Part shown: piece after piece, positions 29,616 to 40,989 of the stretch
Numbering within the stretch: the first letter of the stretch is position 1
Layout of the letters: every line of letters begins with the position of its first letter
Source of the DNA: Archaeoglobus sp. UBA230
GTDB taxonomy: Archaea; Halobacteriota; Archaeoglobi; Archaeoglobales; Archaeoglobaceae
Reading direction: 5' to 3'
Length of the DNA: 64,000 nucleotides
Assembly (NCBI RefSeq): GCF_002507545.1
Contig: NZ_DAVR01000018.1
Location: 2,367-66,366, forward strand
Translations under genes and position numbers: made by a program
The notes under the pieces: generated by a model
Seen by the model: only the letters and a program-made list of their open reading frames with translations
What the model was told of the DNA's origin: nothing
Databases searched by the model: none

Positions 29616-31457
29616 GTGGTTGGAGGATATATGGGAAAGATTTTGAAAGTGAATTTAAGTGACGGTACCATAAAAGAAATATCACTTGACGAAGAACTCG
29701 CAAAAAAGTATCTTGGAGGGAAAGGATACGCTGTAAGGCTCTTTTACGATTATATCAGAGAGTATGAAAAACTTGGCATCGCTCCCGAAGACATTGACCC
29801 CTTCGGGGAATACAATGTCCTGATCTTCGCAACAGGTCCCGCAACTGGTGTTACGGGTTTTCCAGAGTCTGGGAGATACCACGTAATGACGCTCAGAAGT
29901 CCGCTTACTGGCGGGATAGGCTCGGCGAACAGCGGAGGTAGATTTGGGCCGTATATGAAATTTGCAGGTTATGATATGCTTATTTTCGAGGGTAGAAGTG
30001 AAGACCCAGTTTACCTTGAGATCGTTGATGGTAGTGCTGAGATTAAGTGTGCAAAAGACCTGTGGGGTAAGAACACCTTTGACACTACAAGGATACTCTC
30101 AGATAGAGTTGGTGGAGATTGTAGCGTAGCTTGCATCGGTCCTGCAGGCGAGAACCTCGTCCACTTTGCGTGCATAATCAACGAAGAGCACAGAGCTGCT
30201 GGAAGGACAGGTGTGGGGGCGGTGATGGGCTCAAAGAATTTAAAGGCGATTGTTGTTAAGGGCAAAGAAAGACCGGAAATAGCCAAGCCAGATGAATTCA
30301 AGGAGGCATCAAAAGCCGCGATGGATAAGGTGAAGCAGAATCCAGTAACTGGAGAGGGTTTGCCGAAATATGGGACTGCTGTACTTGTCAACGTGATAAA
30401 CAATGCTGGGGCACTTCCCTACAAGAACTGGCAGGAAGCTTACCACGAAAAGGCGGATGATATTAGCGGTGAAACGATGGAAGCCAAATATCTCAGAAAG
30501 CGTGTTGCATGCTGGGGCTGCGCGATTGGATGTGGAAGGGCTACGGAAGTAAAGACTGGCCCCTTCAAGGTGCTGAACACGGAAGGGCCTGAATACGAGT
30601 CAATCTGGTCTCTTGGAAATGACACAGCGGTCATTAACCTCGAAGCCATCATCAAAGCGAACCACTTCTGCGACGAACTCGGTTTGGATACAATCACCAT
30701 GGGGGCAACGATAGCCTGTGCAATGGAGCTTTACGAGAAGGGATACGTTAAGGATGAAGACTTACAGGGACTCGATCTGTCCTTTGGAAATGATGCAGCG
30801 ATGGTTGAGGCAGTATGGAGAACAGCCTATAAATCTGGCTTCGGTAAATACTTAGCTCTCGGAAGCAAAAGATTGGCGGAAATATTCGGTGCTCCTGATT
30901 TATCAATGAGTGTCAAAGGACTGGAAATGCCTGCATACGACCCGAGAGGAATTAAAGGGATAGGTCTGAATTATGCTACTGCAAACAGAGGGGGTTGTCA
31001 TGTTACAGGCTACACGGTCTCGCCGGAGATTATTGGACTGCCGGAGAAGGTTGATCCGCTCACATATGAAGGTAAGGCTGCATGGGTTAAAGCCTTCCAG
31101 GACTTCACGTGTGTGGTCAACTCAGCGGTAAACTGTCTGTTTACCACCTTTGCCTTGGGTGCTGACGACTATGCTGTGCTGCTCTCTAATGTTACGGGAT
31201 GGGATTTGAACACTGAAGAGGTAATGAAGATTGGAGAGAGAATCTACAACCTCGAAAGGGTTATCATAAACAAGTATGGCTTTGATGCCAAGGATGACAC
31301 TCTGCCAAAGAGATTGCTTCAAGAACCACTCAAAGAGGGGCCGGCTAAGGGGCAAGTTGTCGAACTTGACAAAATGAAGGAAGAGTACTACCAGCTAAGA
31401 GGATGGGTTGACGGAAGACCAACAGAAGAAAAGCTGAAGGAGCTGGAAATACCTTAA
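29616..31457 (+). CDS. aor: Tungsten-type aldehyde:ferredoxin oxidoreductase
   Basis: GYMGKILKVNLS, RAAGRTGVGAVMGSKNLKA, CWGCAIGC, EGPEYE, DELGLD, ANRGGCH. Start uncertain (29595/29616/29631). Confidence 0.94.
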   Translation: MVGGYMGKILKVNLSDGTIKEISLDEELAKKYLGGKGYAVRLFYDYIREYEKLGIAPEDIDPFGEYNVLIFATGPATGVTGFPESGRYHVMTLRSPLTGGIGSANSGGRFGPYMKFAGYDMLIFEGRSEDPVYLEIVDGSAEIKCAKDLWGKNTFDTTRILSDRVGGDCSVACIGPAGENLVHFACIINEEHRAAGRTGVGAVMGSKNLKAIVVKGKERPEIAKPDEFKEASKAAMDKVKQNPVTGEGLPKYGTAVLVNVINNAGALPYKNWQEAYHEKADDISGETMEAKYLRKRVACWGCAIGCGRATEVKTGPFKVLNTEGPEYESIWSLGNDTAVINLEAIIKANHFCDELGLDTITMGATIACAMELYEKGYVKDEDLQGLDLSFGNDAAMVEAVWRTAYKSGFGKYLALGSKRLAEIFGAPDLSMSVKGLEMPAYDPRGIKGIGLNYATANRGGCHVTGYTVSPEIIGLPEKVDPLTYEGKAAWVKAFQDFTCVVNSAVNCLFTTFALGADDYAVLLSNVTGWDLNTEEVMKIGERIYNLERVIINKYGFDAKDDTLPKRLLQEPLKEGPAKGQVVELDKMKEEYYQLRGWVDGRPTEEKLKELEIP

Positions 31458-31461
31458 ATTT

Positions 31462-32259
31462 TTACTGAATTTCTTCAATTATTTTGTTCATCTCCTCTGC
31501 TTTGCTTCTCAGAATTTCCAGTGCTTTCCTCATCACAACTCTTAGGGGTAAAGCCCCGGTGGCTTCAACCGTAAAAAGGAAGTTGTTGGTCTCATTGACC
31601 TTTATAGCATTCTGTTCGCAGACTTTGATACATTCCATGCAGAGGGAACAGTTCAGCACATCTTTAACTGCGATTTTGTCTCCCCCGGCTTCCAATACGT
31701 CTCTCGGACATGCCTCTATGCAATCCTTACACAGGGTGCAGTCCTCGGTAATCTCTATCTCAGGGATTATCTTATACGCACACACTGACACTGGTTGGAA
31801 CTTTGCGTGCTCTCTCCCTGTCCCAAGCCTTGCAACTGCCTCCAACATCAGCTGTTGACCTTCAAAAAGTTCGAGGACAGGAATGTTGTCTATCGCAAAG
31901 ACGATTTCTGGGTCATCACTTATGAAGTCCTCTGAATAGACGACCTTAGGACCCTCAACGTTCAGCCTGAAGGAAATCTGGCAGTTCGGGCAACCTTCAC
32001 CACCACACACACACTCGTTCTGCATGTTGAATTTCTCGAGGTCTGTTTTTATCGGAAGCATTCCGAGGCGATGGGCTAAAATCTCGTCATACAGGTAGCT
32101 TGAGTTCACATAGAAGTCAACGTAGTCAACAGCGAGCGTTGGAACCTCAGCTTTCATCGCCCTCCTGAAGGAGTTGGCTAAGGCTGGTGAAACGTTTTTG
32201 AGAATAAATCTGATTTTAAAGTCACTTTCTTCCAGAATTTCAATTTTGGGCTTCATCAA
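31462..32259 (-). CDS. rpoD: DNA-directed RNA polymerase subunit D (Rpo3) with ferredoxin-like insert
   Basis: [36 protein letters not shown] and [11 protein letters not shown]. Confidence 0.97.
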   Translation of the reverse strand: MMKPKIEILEESDFKIRFILKNVSPALANSFRRAMKAEVPTLAVDYVDFYVNSSYLYDEILAHRLGMLPIKTDLEKFNMQNECVCGGEGCPNCQISFRLNVEGPKVVYSEDFISDDPEIVFAIDNIPVLELFEGQQLMLEAVARLGTGREHAKFQPVSVCAYKIIPEIEITEDCTLCKDCIEACPRDVLEAGGDKIAVKDVLNCSLCMECIKVCEQNAIKVNETNNFLFTVEATGALPLRVVMRKALEILRSKAEEMNKIIEEIQ

Positions 32260-32660
32260 ACTCTCCTGCCCCTCTTTCCACCCGGAGGTCTCGTACCATC
32301 ATGCGGGATTGGAGTAACATCCTCAATTCTACCAATCTTAAGTCCTGCCCTTGCAAGCGCTCTTATTGCTGCCTGAGCTCCCGGTCCTGGCGTTGTGTGT
32401 TTGTTTCCACCGGGCGCTCTAACCTTTATGTGGACACCTTCAATTCCCTTCTCTTTTGCAACTGCAGCAGCTCTAAGGGCAGCTTGCATTGCCGTGTATG
32501 GGTTTCCTTCATCCCTGTCGGCTTTCACAATCATACCACCGCTTATCCTCGTAATGGTCTCACTTCCAGTTATATCTGTTATCGTGATAATGGTGTTGTT
32601 GTAGGATGAAAAGATGTGAGCAATACCCCACTTACCCCCTTTTTTCTTCTCAGCCATCAT
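32256..32660 (-). CDS. rps11: 30S ribosomal protein S11 (uS11)
   Basis: [37 protein letters not shown]. Confidence 0.98.
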   Translation of the reverse strand: MMAEKKKGGKWGIAHIFSSYNNTIITITDITGSETITRISGGMIVKADRDEGNPYTAMQAALRAAAVAKEKGIEGVHIKVRAPGGNKHTTPGPGAQAAIRALARAGLKIGRIEDVTPIPHDGTRPPGGKRGRRV

Positions 32661-33181
32661 ACCACCTCAGTTTCAGTTTTTGCAAGAGGAGAATTCTTAT
32701 ATAGCGATATTTTACTCTCAAGGTCTCTCGTAACAATAAAGCTTGGAGACGTAACTCTCCTACCGTCAACTGCTACATGACCATGGGTTATGAACTGCCT
32801 CGCCTGGCGTATAGTCCTCGCAATTCCCTGTCTGTAAACCATAGTCTGAAGTCTTCTTTCAAGGAAGTCTTCTACGGAGAGATTGAGAATGTCGTCAAGA
32901 GTTGCGTTCTCAGGTAGAATCCCCATCTTGTAGAGTTTTCTGATAACTGTCTGCGCCTTTGCCTTTGCGATTTCACCCTCTTTTCCCGGAAGGTCTATCT
33001 CCGCCAAGAGGTCTCTTGCAACTCTTCTATACTTTCTCAAAATGTTCTGGAACCTCCAGAGCTCTCTCTTGTTCCTCAGCCCGTATTTTATAACGAGCTG
33101 CACTTCCTTTTCAAGCCTCGCCTTATCCCATGGATGTGTTGGGGTTGTGTATTTCTTTCTATGCCTCTTTGGATCGCCCAT
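32657..33181 (-). CDS. rps4: 30S ribosomal protein S4 (uS4)
   Basis: [39 protein letters not shown]. Confidence 0.98.
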   Translation of the reverse strand: MGDPKRHRKKYTTPTHPWDKARLEKEVQLVIKYGLRNKRELWRFQNILRKYRRVARDLLAEIDLPGKEGEIAKAKAQTVIRKLYKMGILPENATLDDILNLSVEDFLERRLQTMVYRQGIARTIRQARQFITHGHVAVDGRRVTSPSFIVTRDLESKISLYKNSPLAKTETEVV

Positions 33182-33185
33182 AAAA

Positions 33186-33626
33186 TCACCTCTTCCTCCT
33201 TATAACCCCAACGGTTCTACCGAATCTTCCAGTGGACCTTGTCCTCTGTCCCCTAACTTTCTTTCCTTTAGCATGCCTGATTCCTCGATAGCACTTCATC
33301 TTGATCATTCTCTCAATATCGAGCATTCTCGCAAAATCAACATCTTTCGAGAATAGGTGTAGATCTTTCCCTGTATGTGGGTCTTTCCTTCTGTTGAGCA
33401 GCCATGATGGCAAAGACTCTATATTTTCCTCTATGAAGCTTTTAACCTTCTGTATCGTCTCGTCGTCAAGTTCTCCGAGTTTTGCCCTTCCGTCTACTCC
33501 CAGTTCGTTGACTATGCATCTCGCTGCCCTCAACCCAATTCCCTTTATCCCGGTTAGAGCGAACATTAAGCTCTTATTTCCGTCAAGGTCCGTATCGGCA
33601 ATTCTCACGATATGCTTGAACGTCAT
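33186..33626 (-). CDS. rps13: 30S ribosomal protein S13 (uS13)
   Basis: [41 protein letters not shown]. Confidence 0.98.
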   Translation of the reverse strand: MTFKHIVRIADTDLDGNKSLMFALTGIKGIGLRAARCIVNELGVDGRAKLGELDDETIQKVKSFIEENIESLPSWLLNRRKDPHTGKDLHLFSKDVDFARMLDIERMIKMKCYRGIRHAKGKKVRGQRTRSTGRFGRTVGVIRRKR

Positions 33627-33817
33627 AACATCACCGCTAAGAAAACGGACTCCTTTAAGGATATTTAAAGGTTATGTGCTGAACGGAATTGGAGGCAAAA
33701 TTTCACATAAAATCCATAAAAATTCAAACGTTTTCTGGCTCGTTGAAATAGGGATCAAACGGGTTTAGGAAGAGTGCGGAACGTCTTATAAGCAGTTTTT
33801 CTTATGAACTCTGAAAT

Positions 33818-34282
33818 TTATCTGACAATCTCTGGTCTTACGATCCACAGTATTCTCCACTTTCCATCTTCACTTTCTTCTCTCTCCAGGCATACCACTC
33901 CGCCAAACCTGAAGCTTATGGCATCAAGTTCCTGATTGTTGGCGATCAGATAATTTGCAAGTCTTGATAGATGGGGCAGATGTCCTACGAGCATGATGTC
34001 TTCTCTTATATCCTTAATTCTCTCGACCCACACATCTATTTCTGCCAGCGGCTCAAGACCATCTGCTTTCTCAAGCTCAACGTCGATGTGCTTTGCCAGT
34101 ATCTCGGCAGTCTGTAAGGCTCTAAGCTTTCCGCTGTGGAAAATCTTTGTAACTTTAACTCCAACCTTTTTCAAAAACTTACCGACAGCTTCAACTTCTG
34201 ATTTGCCCTCATCAGAAAGTGATCTCTCTGGATCCTCTTCCTTTGGTCTTGCCTTACCATGCTGGACAAGGTACAGTTTCAT
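33818..34282 (-). CDS. sixA: SixA-like phosphohistidine phosphatase (histidine phosphatase superfamily)
   Basis: LYLVQHGKA, RSLSDEG, HSGKLRALQTA, MLVGHLPHL. Confidence 0.85.
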   Translation of the reverse strand: MKLYLVQHGKARPKEEDPERSLSDEGKSEVEAVGKFLKKVGVKVTKIFHSGKLRALQTAEILAKHIDVELEKADGLEPLAEIDVWVERIKDIREDIMLVGHLPHLSRLANYLIANNQELDAISFRFGGVVCLEREESEDGKWRILWIVRPEIVR

Positions 34283-34356
34283 ATTTATGAGTTTATGTTT
34301 AGTGCAGTTAAAGTTAATGCAAAATAGATATATATTAATAGTTATAACGCTCTGGC

Positions 34357-36684
34357 ATGAAAAAGCTCGTGGTAGTACCCATGCTTCTACTCATAGTCTT
34401 TGTCATGGCTGCACACAGCTACCTCAACCTTCTTGCACCCTTCAGCGGGAGCTTATGGAAGCAGACTGGTGAGAAAGTAGTTCTCAATCCCTACGGGTAT
34501 GTCGAGGTTTACTACGACGAGTATGGAGTTCCCCACATTGTCGCGGAGAATGAAAAGGCTATGGCCTTTGCCATCGGCTATATCCACGCCAAAGACAGAC
34601 TCTTCCAGATGGACTTGTACAGAAGGCTGATGAGAGGAGAGCTGAGCGAGGTATTTGGAGAGGATTTTTTTGATTCCGATGAGTTCCACATCAAGATGGA
34701 CTTTGCCGGGGCTGCTGAAGCTTCTTGGGAGTTGATAAAGGAAACAGAACTTGGCGAGATGCTTATGGCGTACAGTGAAGGTGTAAATTACTACATGGAT
34801 CACAATGAACTGCCAGTTGAGTTCAAACTTGCAGGATACAGACCTGAAAAGTGGACACCACAGGATACGTTGATTATTGGGAAGGAGATGGCTTGGGGTT
34901 TAACTGGTAATTTTTGGGACTTGAAGAGGGCTTTAATAGTTGAAAAGCTTGGTGAAGGTGCGCTTGAGCTGTATCCGGACTATATGAACCATAGTTACCC
35001 GATAATCAGGACTGGAGTTGTGAACAAATCATTGTTGGACTGGCTCAAACCCTTTGAGGCTAAGGACGGGATAGGGTCGAACAACTGGGTAGTTTCGGGG
35101 AAGTTTACTGCTAACGGAAAGCCGATGCTGGCCAACGACCCTCACCTTCTTCTCATAGTCCCTCCAATATGGTATGAAATGCATCTTCAGGTTAAAGGGG
35201 AAAATGTAAGAGGTGTAACTCTCCCCGGAGTTCCGGTTGTGGTAATCGGGATGAATGACTATGTGGCGTGGGGATTCACAAATGTTGGGGCTGATGTGAT
35301 AGATTTCTATTACTATCTCTGGAAAGATGGTAAATATTACTACAAGGGGCAGTGGCTTGAGCCGCAGAAGGAAATCAGAACAGTGAGGGTTAAGACTGAT
35401 AGTGGATATGAGGAAAGAAAAGTCGTTGTTGAAAAAACCGTTCACGGACCTCTGATTGACAAGTATGGCTCGAAGGTTGCAGTGGCTTGGACTGGACTGA
35501 CGGCAACGACTGAATCTATTGCCTTGTATAAGTATAATCACGCCCATAACATTACAGAGTTCATGGATGGGTTGAGATACTTCGATGTCCCGGCACAGAA
35601 TGTTGTCTACGCCGACATCTACGGGAATGTCATGTATTACCCGGCCGGAAAATATCCCATAAGATTGATCAACGGAAAAGAGGTTCCCGGAAACATCATT
35701 TTCAACGGTTCTGCCGGGGAGGGAGAATGGAGGGGTTTCAAGCCCTATGGAATCTCAACGTGGGAGGGTTTCATCCCCTTCGAGGAAATTCCTCACCTCA
35801 TAAACCCGGATTATGTTGCAACAGCCAACCAGAGGGTCGTTTTTGGATATCAACATTATTTGGGAGATTCAATGTACTTTGCTGATCCCTACAGAGGAAT
35901 GAGGATTTACGAGATGCTGGATGCAGCTGTAAAGTCGAAGGTGAAGATCACCCCGGAATTCTTCATGAAGATGCAGAGGGATGTTTACTCGAAGCCTGCC
36001 GAATTCTTCATCCCCTACATTCTTCAGGCTGAAGGGAAAATGAGCAAGAAAGCCAGGGAGTATGTTGAAGAGCTGAAGGGCTGGGACCTTAGAATGGAGA
36101 GGGATTCAAGAGCTGCTTTGATCTTTTCGATATGGCTCGATAATTTCGTGAATGAAACCTTCAAGGATGAGTTCTACCATGCTGGGCTGGACAGAAGCTT
36201 CTATCCTCACCTTTACATTCTCCAGAATCTGCCTGCAGAAAGCAGGTGGTTTGATGATATCCAAACACCTGACAGGGAGACAAGGGAGGATATAGTGGCG
36301 AGGGCAATGGAAATGGCTGTGAAAGAGATTGAGGAGAAGGGATACAGGGTTTACGGGGACTACAACAGGCTGAACATAGAACATCCCTTTAGCAGAGTTG
36401 TGAAATTCTTCAATTATCCCTCTATGCCTATGAACGGATCAACCTACACGGTATTCAACTTCAGAAGGGCTGTGGATTGGGAAACTGGAGTTTCGCAAGT
36501 TGGTAGCAGCTGGAGGATGATTGTGAACTTTGACGAAAACTATTGCATAATACCCGGTGGCAATTCGGGGAACTACTTCTCGAAGCATTATTCTGACCAG
36601 CTTGAAATGTGGGCGAATGGCAGGTACAAGCCCCTCGATTTCGAGATTAGAGGGGAGAAGATCATTTTTGAGGTGAGCAGATGA
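34357..36684 (+). CDS. Penicillin-acylase-family Ntn hydrolase, secreted or membrane-anchored
   Basis: N-terminal signal/anchor, DEYGVPHI, HAKDRLFQMDL.RR, nucleophile GSNNW, LANDPHL, ATANQR, PGGNSG..S.HY.DQ..MW. Confidence 0.93.
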   Translation: MKKLVVVPMLLLIVFVMAAHSYLNLLAPFSGSLWKQTGEKVVLNPYGYVEVYYDEYGVPHIVAENEKAMAFAIGYIHAKDRLFQMDLYRRLMRGELSEVFGEDFFDSDEFHIKMDFAGAAEASWELIKETELGEMLMAYSEGVNYYMDHNELPVEFKLAGYRPEKWTPQDTLIIGKEMAWGLTGNFWDLKRALIVEKLGEGALELYPDYMNHSYPIIRTGVVNKSLLDWLKPFEAKDGIGSNNWVVSGKFTANGKPMLANDPHLLLIVPPIWYEMHLQVKGENVRGVTLPGVPVVVIGMNDYVAWGFTNVGADVIDFYYYLWKDGKYYYKGQWLEPQKEIRTVRVKTDSGYEERKVVVEKTVHGPLIDKYGSKVAVAWTGLTATTESIALYKYNHAHNITEFMDGLRYFDVPAQNVVYADIYGNVMYYPAGKYPIRLINGKEVPGNIIFNGSAGEGEWRGFKPYGISTWEGFIPFEEIPHLINPDYVATANQRVVFGYQHYLGDSMYFADPYRGMRIYEMLDAAVKSKVKITPEFFMKMQRDVYSKPAEFFIPYILQAEGKMSKKAREYVEELKGWDLRMERDSRAALIFSIWLDNFVNETFKDEFYHAGLDRSFYPHLYILQNLPAESRWFDDIQTPDRETREDIVARAMEMAVKEIEEKGYRVYGDYNRLNIEHPFSRVVKFFNYPSMPMNGSTYTVFNFRRAVDWETGVSQVGSSWRMIVNFDENYCIIPGGNSGNYFSKHYSDQLEMWANGRYKPLDFEIRGEKIIFEVSR

Positions 36685-37001
36685 GAGATGAAATCAAGCT
36701 TTTGGCAGGTTTTGTGATTGGTCTTGCAATCTCTTATTTCCACTGGGTAGGCCTGATAGTTGGGGGACTTGCCGTTGGTGCAGTAACAAGGAGTCTAAAG
36801 ATTGCCCTGGTGTCAGGTTTCATCTTTGGCATCGTGGTATGGCTCGCCTTTGTTGCAATGCTATCGGCAAACGGGATGGTTGGCAAGTTTTTTGCAATGT
36901 CTCCTCTACAGTACATCAGTCTCGTGCTGACAGTAATTGCCACGACAATTTCAGCGTCTATCACAAACTTTTTTTCACGTTCCTTACAATACAAAACGTG
37001 A
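36681..37001 (+). CDS. Small hypothetical membrane protein (3-4 TM)
   Basis: Hydrophobic ORF with 4-nt overlaps to both neighbours. Confidence 0.75.
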   Translation: MRDEIKLLAGFVIGLAISYFHWVGLIVGGLAVGAVTRSLKIALVSGFIFGIVVWLAFVAMLSANGMVGKFFAMSPLQYISLVLTVIATTISASITNFFSRSLQYKT

Positions 37002-37330
37002 AAGGATTGCCACCATCACTGAGAAGCAGAAAAAGATATATTGCCTTCAGAATTATAGCAGAAAAGGAGGTTGACGAAAGGTCACTTTCGCGAGCACTGA
37101 CGGACAGTATGATGTCTCTGTTTGGCGAGTGCTTTACGGCAGGGAGCGGAATAAGACTGGAGTACTTTGACGGGCAAAAAGGAATAATTAGATGTCACAG
37201 AGAAGCACTGGAAAAGGTGGTGGTGGCCTTTACGCTGATTGATAGAGTGGGTGAAGTAAGGGTAATCCCGCTGACAATCGGGGTCAGCGGAACGATAAAA
37301 AGGTGTAAAAGAAAGTATTTGGAGGTGTAG
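36998..37330 (+). CDS. rnp2: Ribonuclease P protein component 2 (Pop5/Rpp14)
   Basis: [30 protein letters not shown] start at 36998 is in frame with the track ORF. Confidence 0.93.
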   Translation: MKGLPPSLRSRKRYIAFRIIAEKEVDERSLSRALTDSMMSLFGECFTAGSGIRLEYFDGQKGIIRCHREALEKVVVAFTLIDRVGEVRVIPLTIGVSGTIKRCKRKYLEV

Positions 37331-37332
37331 AT

Positions 37333-38073
37333 ATGCATTTACCCCAGATGGGATATGATAGAGCAATTACAGTCTTCAGTCCAGACGGTAGGCTGTTTCA
37401 GGTAGAGTATGCAAGAGAGGCTGTAAAGAGAGGAGCCACAGCAATTGGAATAAAATGCAGGGATGGGGTTATTCTTATTGCTGACAAGAGGGTTGGCAGT
37501 AAGCTTCTCGAAGCAGATACCATCGAAAAAATATACAAGATTGACGAACACATCTGCGCTGCAACTTCAGGGCTTGTGGCGGATGCGAGAGTCTTAATTG
37601 ATAGGGCGAGGATAGAGGCTCAGATTAACCGCCTCACCTACGACGAGACTATAACGGTCAAGGAGCTGGCAAAGAGAATATGTGATTTCAAGCAGCAGTA
37701 TACACAGTATGGTGGCGTAAGACCCTTTGGCGTCTCCCTTTTGATTGCAGGCGTTGATGAGGTTCCCAAGCTATACGAAACAGACCCAAGTGGTGCTCTT
37801 CTTGAATATAAGGCTACAGCAATTGGAATGGGTAGGAATACAGTTGTTGAGTACTTCGAAAAAGAATATAGTCCGGATATGGGCTTTGATGAAGCGTTGA
37901 TTCTTGGCTTGGTGGCGATGGGTAAAGCGATAGAAAGTGAGATTTCGGCAGATAACCTCGAGGTTGGATACGTCAAGGTAGAGGACAGGCAGTTCAGAGA
38001 TATGAGTGCTGAGGAACTCGCGCCATACGTGGATAAAGCGAATGAGAAAATAAGAGAGGAACTGAAAAAGTAA
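37333..38073 (+). CDS. psmA: Proteasome alpha subunit
   Basis: [47 protein letters not shown]. Confidence 0.98.
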   Translation: MHLPQMGYDRAITVFSPDGRLFQVEYAREAVKRGATAIGIKCRDGVILIADKRVGSKLLEADTIEKIYKIDEHICAATSGLVADARVLIDRARIEAQINRLTYDETITVKELAKRICDFKQQYTQYGGVRPFGVSLLIAGVDEVPKLYETDPSGALLEYKATAIGMGRNTVVEYFEKEYSPDMGFDEALILGLVAMGKAIESEISADNLEVGYVKVEDRQFRDMSAEELAPYVDKANEKIREELKK

Positions 38074-38081
38074 GCGGTATT

Positions 38082-38786
38082 ATGGTATCTCTCGATAAAG
38101 CTGTAATCGCAAGACTTCGAAAAGGAGGAGAAGAATACGAGGTTCTTGTTGATCCCTACCTTGCAAGAGACCTTAAAGAAGGCAAGGATGTGAATTTTGA
38201 AGAATTGCTTGCTGCGGAGGAAATATTCAAAGACGCAAAGAAGGGAGAGAGAGCGTCCTCCGAGGAGCTTAGGAAGACGTTTGGCACAGACGACATCTAC
38301 GACGTTGCGAAGAGAATAATACTGGAAGGTGAAGTGCAGGTAACAGCAGAGCAGAGAAAGGAGATGCTTGAAGCGAAGAGGAAGCAAATAATCACCTTTA
38401 TAAGCAGAAATACCATTGATCCCAGGACTAATGCCCCCCATCCTCCCAGTAGAATTGAGAGGGCTTTGGAGGAGGCAAAGGTTCACATTGACATCTTTAA
38501 GCCAGTAGAAGCACAGATAAAGGAAATCGTGAAAGCACTGAAGCCAATACTTCCGCTTAAATTCGAAGAGACTGAAATCGCCATAAAGATACCACCTGAG
38601 TATACAGGAAAGGCAATTTCTGCACTTTACAACTTCGGAGGGATAACGAAGGAAGAGTGGCAAAGAGACGGAAGTTGGATATGCGTAATGCGAATTCCAT
38701 CTGGGATGTATGGAGAACTTATGGATTTGCTTGGTAGGGTTGCCAAAGGAGAAGCTCTTACAAAAGTTTTGAGGAGGATTGGATAA
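38082..38786 (+). CDS. Ribosome maturation protein SBDS/Sdo1
   Basis: [36 protein letters not shown], position within the exosome operon. Confidence 0.96.
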   Translation: MVSLDKAVIARLRKGGEEYEVLVDPYLARDLKEGKDVNFEELLAAEEIFKDAKKGERASSEELRKTFGTDDIYDVAKRIILEGEVQVTAEQRKEMLEAKRKQIITFISRNTIDPRTNAPHPPSRIERALEEAKVHIDIFKPVEAQIKEIVKALKPILPLKFEETEIAIKIPPEYTGKAISALYNFGGITKEEWQRDGSWICVMRIPSGMYGELMDLLGRVAKGEALTKVLRRIG

Positions 38787-39457
38787 TGAGAAAGATTGTT
38801 CTTCCCGGAGACCTGCTCTCAACAAACCCAAGGGCAGCTGGCTATGGCACTTATGTTGAGAATGGGAAAGTTTACGCAAAGATAATCGGACTTTTTGATG
38901 AAACCGAAACTCACGTTAGGGTAATTCCCCTCAAGGGTAGATACTCTCCCTCACCTGGTGATGTTGTTGTGGGTATAGTAAGAGAAGTTGCGGCAAATGG
39001 ATGGGTTGTTGACATCTACTCCCCATATCAGGCATTTCTGCCTTCCAGTGAAAATCCAGAGATGAAGCCAAACAAAAAGGCAAACGAGGTGCTTGATATT
39101 GGCGATGCCATCATTGCCAAGGTTCTCAACATTGACCCCAAAATGAAGGTCACGCTGACGATGAGGGATAGGATTTGCAGGGCAATAAGGTTTGGCAGAA
39201 TTGTTGCCATAAATCCCGCAAGGGTTCCGAGGGTCATAGGGAAGAAGGGAAGTATGATAAAGCTGCTTAAAAGTGAGTTAGACGTTCAGATTATTGTCGG
39301 ACAGAATGGCCTTATATGGGTCAACGGTGATCGGAGAAAAGTTTCTATTGCTGAAGAAGCTATTTATTTAATCGAAGAGGAAGCTCATACAGAAGGTTTA
39401 ACGGATAGAGTTGCTGAATTTATTAAAAGGAGGAAGTTAGATGTCGGAATTCAATGA
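38786..39457 (+). CDS. rrp4: Exosome RNA-binding subunit Rrp4
   Basis: IVLPGD, Y.P..GDVVVG (S1 domain), [13 protein letters not shown] and VGQNG.IW (KH domain). Confidence 0.96.
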   Translation: MRKIVLPGDLLSTNPRAAGYGTYVENGKVYAKIIGLFDETETHVRVIPLKGRYSPSPGDVVVGIVREVAANGWVVDIYSPYQAFLPSSENPEMKPNKKANEVLDIGDAIIAKVLNIDPKMKVTLTMRDRICRAIRFGRIVAINPARVPRVIGKKGSMIKLLKSELDVQIIVGQNGLIWVNGDRRKVSIAEEAIYLIEEEAHTEGLTDRVAEFIKRRKLDVGIQ

Positions 39458-40217
39458 AAAACCCGAAAAGTTGATTGTTGATGGTTTGCGCCTTGACGGA
39501 CGAAAATTCGACGAGCTTAGACCGATCAAGATCGAAGCTAACGTTCTGAAGAGGGCTGACGGATCATGCTACCTTGAAATGGGAAAAAACAAGGTGATAG
39601 CGGCAGTTTATGGGCCGAGGGAGGTGCATCCGAGACATCTCCAAGACCCAAGCAAGGCAGTGATTAGATACAGATACAACATGGCTCCTTTCAGCGTTGA
39701 GGAGAGGAAGAGGCCGGGACCAGATAGAAGGAGCATTGAGATATCTAAGGTGAGTAAGGAGGCTTTCGAGGCTGTTATAATGAAAGAACTTTTTCCGAGA
39801 AGTGCTATAGACATCTTTGTGGAAGTTCTGCAGGCTGATGCCGGAAGCAGAACTGCTTGCCTGAATGCTGCGAGCGTAGCTCTGGTGGATGCTGGCGTGC
39901 CGATGAAGGGTATAATAACTTCTGTTGCTGTAGGAAAAGCGGACGGACAGCTTGTCCTTGATCCTATGAAGGAGGAGGACAATTTTGGAGAGGCTGACAT
40001 GCCCTTCGCCTTTCTGATAAGGAATGGCAAGATTGAGTCTATTGCTCTGCTTCAGATGGATGGCTGTATGACGAAGGATGAGATTAAGCAGGCTTTGGAA
40101 CTTGCCAAAAAAGGAGCCTTAAAGATATATGAAATGCAGAAGGAGGCAATACTGAAAAGATATTTGGAGGCTGGCGAGGAGATGGATGAAATAGCAGAGG
40201 GGAGAGAAGATGCCTGA
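39441..40217 (+). CDS. rrp41: Exosome catalytic subunit Rrp41
   Basis: [41 protein letters not shown]. Confidence 0.98.
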   Translation: MSEFNEKPEKLIVDGLRLDGRKFDELRPIKIEANVLKRADGSCYLEMGKNKVIAAVYGPREVHPRHLQDPSKAVIRYRYNMAPFSVEERKRPGPDRRSIEISKVSKEAFEAVIMKELFPRSAIDIFVEVLQADAGSRTACLNAASVALVDAGVPMKGIITSVAVGKADGQLVLDPMKEEDNFGEADMPFAFLIRNGKIESIALLQMDGCMTKDEIKQALELAKKGALKIYEMQKEAILKRYLEAGEEMDEIAEGREDA

Positions 40218-40989
40218 AGACATTCTTGTTGACATTAAGAGGGATTACGTTCTCTCAAAGCTCAGGGATGGGGAGAGGATTGATGGGAGAGGCTTTGACG
40301 AATTCAGGAATGTTGAGATCATACCAAATATCGTTGAAAAGGCAGAGGGTTCTGCACTTGTGAAGCTGGGAAACACGGAGGTTGTTGTCGGAGTGAAAAT
40401 GCAACCGGGAGAGCCCTATCCAGACACGCCGGACAGGGGTGTTATAATAGTAAACGCAGAGCTTGTACCGCTTGCATCTCCAACCTTTGAACCCGGTCCA
40501 CCTGATGAAGGCTCGATAGAGTTAGCAAGAGTTGTTGATAGGGGGATAAGAGAAAGTGAAGCTGTGGATTTGTCAAAACTTGTGATAGAAGAGGGTGAGA
40601 AGGTCTGGATAGTTTTCGTTGACATTCACGCTTTGGATGATGATGGTAACCTGCTTGATGCCTCAGCCTTAGCCGCGATTGCTGCACTGCTGAACACGAA
40701 GGTGCCGGCGGAAAGATTTGACTTGGGGGAAGATTATCTACTTCCAGTCAGAGATCTCCCTGTTTCGGTTACATCGCTGATTGTCAACAACAGATACCTT
40801 GTTGATCCGTGCAGAGAAGAAATGAGCGTTGGCGAGAACACACTTACAATTTCAACCGATCAGGATGATAACATTGTGGCGATGCAGAAAAGTGGTGGAT
40901 ATTTGCTGGATGAGAAGCTGTTTGATGATCTTCTTGATGTGAGCGTTAACTGTGCGAGAAAGCTAAGGGAAAAACTCAAGGAGATATAG
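40210..40989 (+). CDS. rrp42: Exosome subunit Rrp42
   Basis: [47 protein letters not shown]. Confidence 0.98.
   Translation: MPEDILVDIKRDYVLSKLRDGERIDGRGFDEFRNVEIIPNIVEKAEGSALVKLGNTEVVVGVKMQPGEPYPDTPDRGVIIVNAELVPLASPTFEPGPPDEGSIELARVVDRGIRESEAVDLSKLVIEEGEKVWIVFVDIHALDDDGNLLDASALAAIAALLNTKVPAERFDLGEDYLLPVRDLPVSVTSLIVNNRYLVDPCREEMSVGENTLTISTDQDDNIVAMQKSGGYLLDEKLFDDLLDVSVNCARKLREKLKEI

Noticed and set aside
33742-33765. GTTGAAAT... resembling the start of an Archaeoglobus CRISPR repeat
   Set aside because: Only about 8 nt match, it is a single copy, there is no repeat-spacer periodicity and no cas genes. It lies in the rps13 upstream region.
37638-38879. 413-aa antisense ORF over psmA and SBDS
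   Set aside because: A shadow frame of highly conserved genes, with low-complexity Ser/Leu/Phe composition and no motifs.
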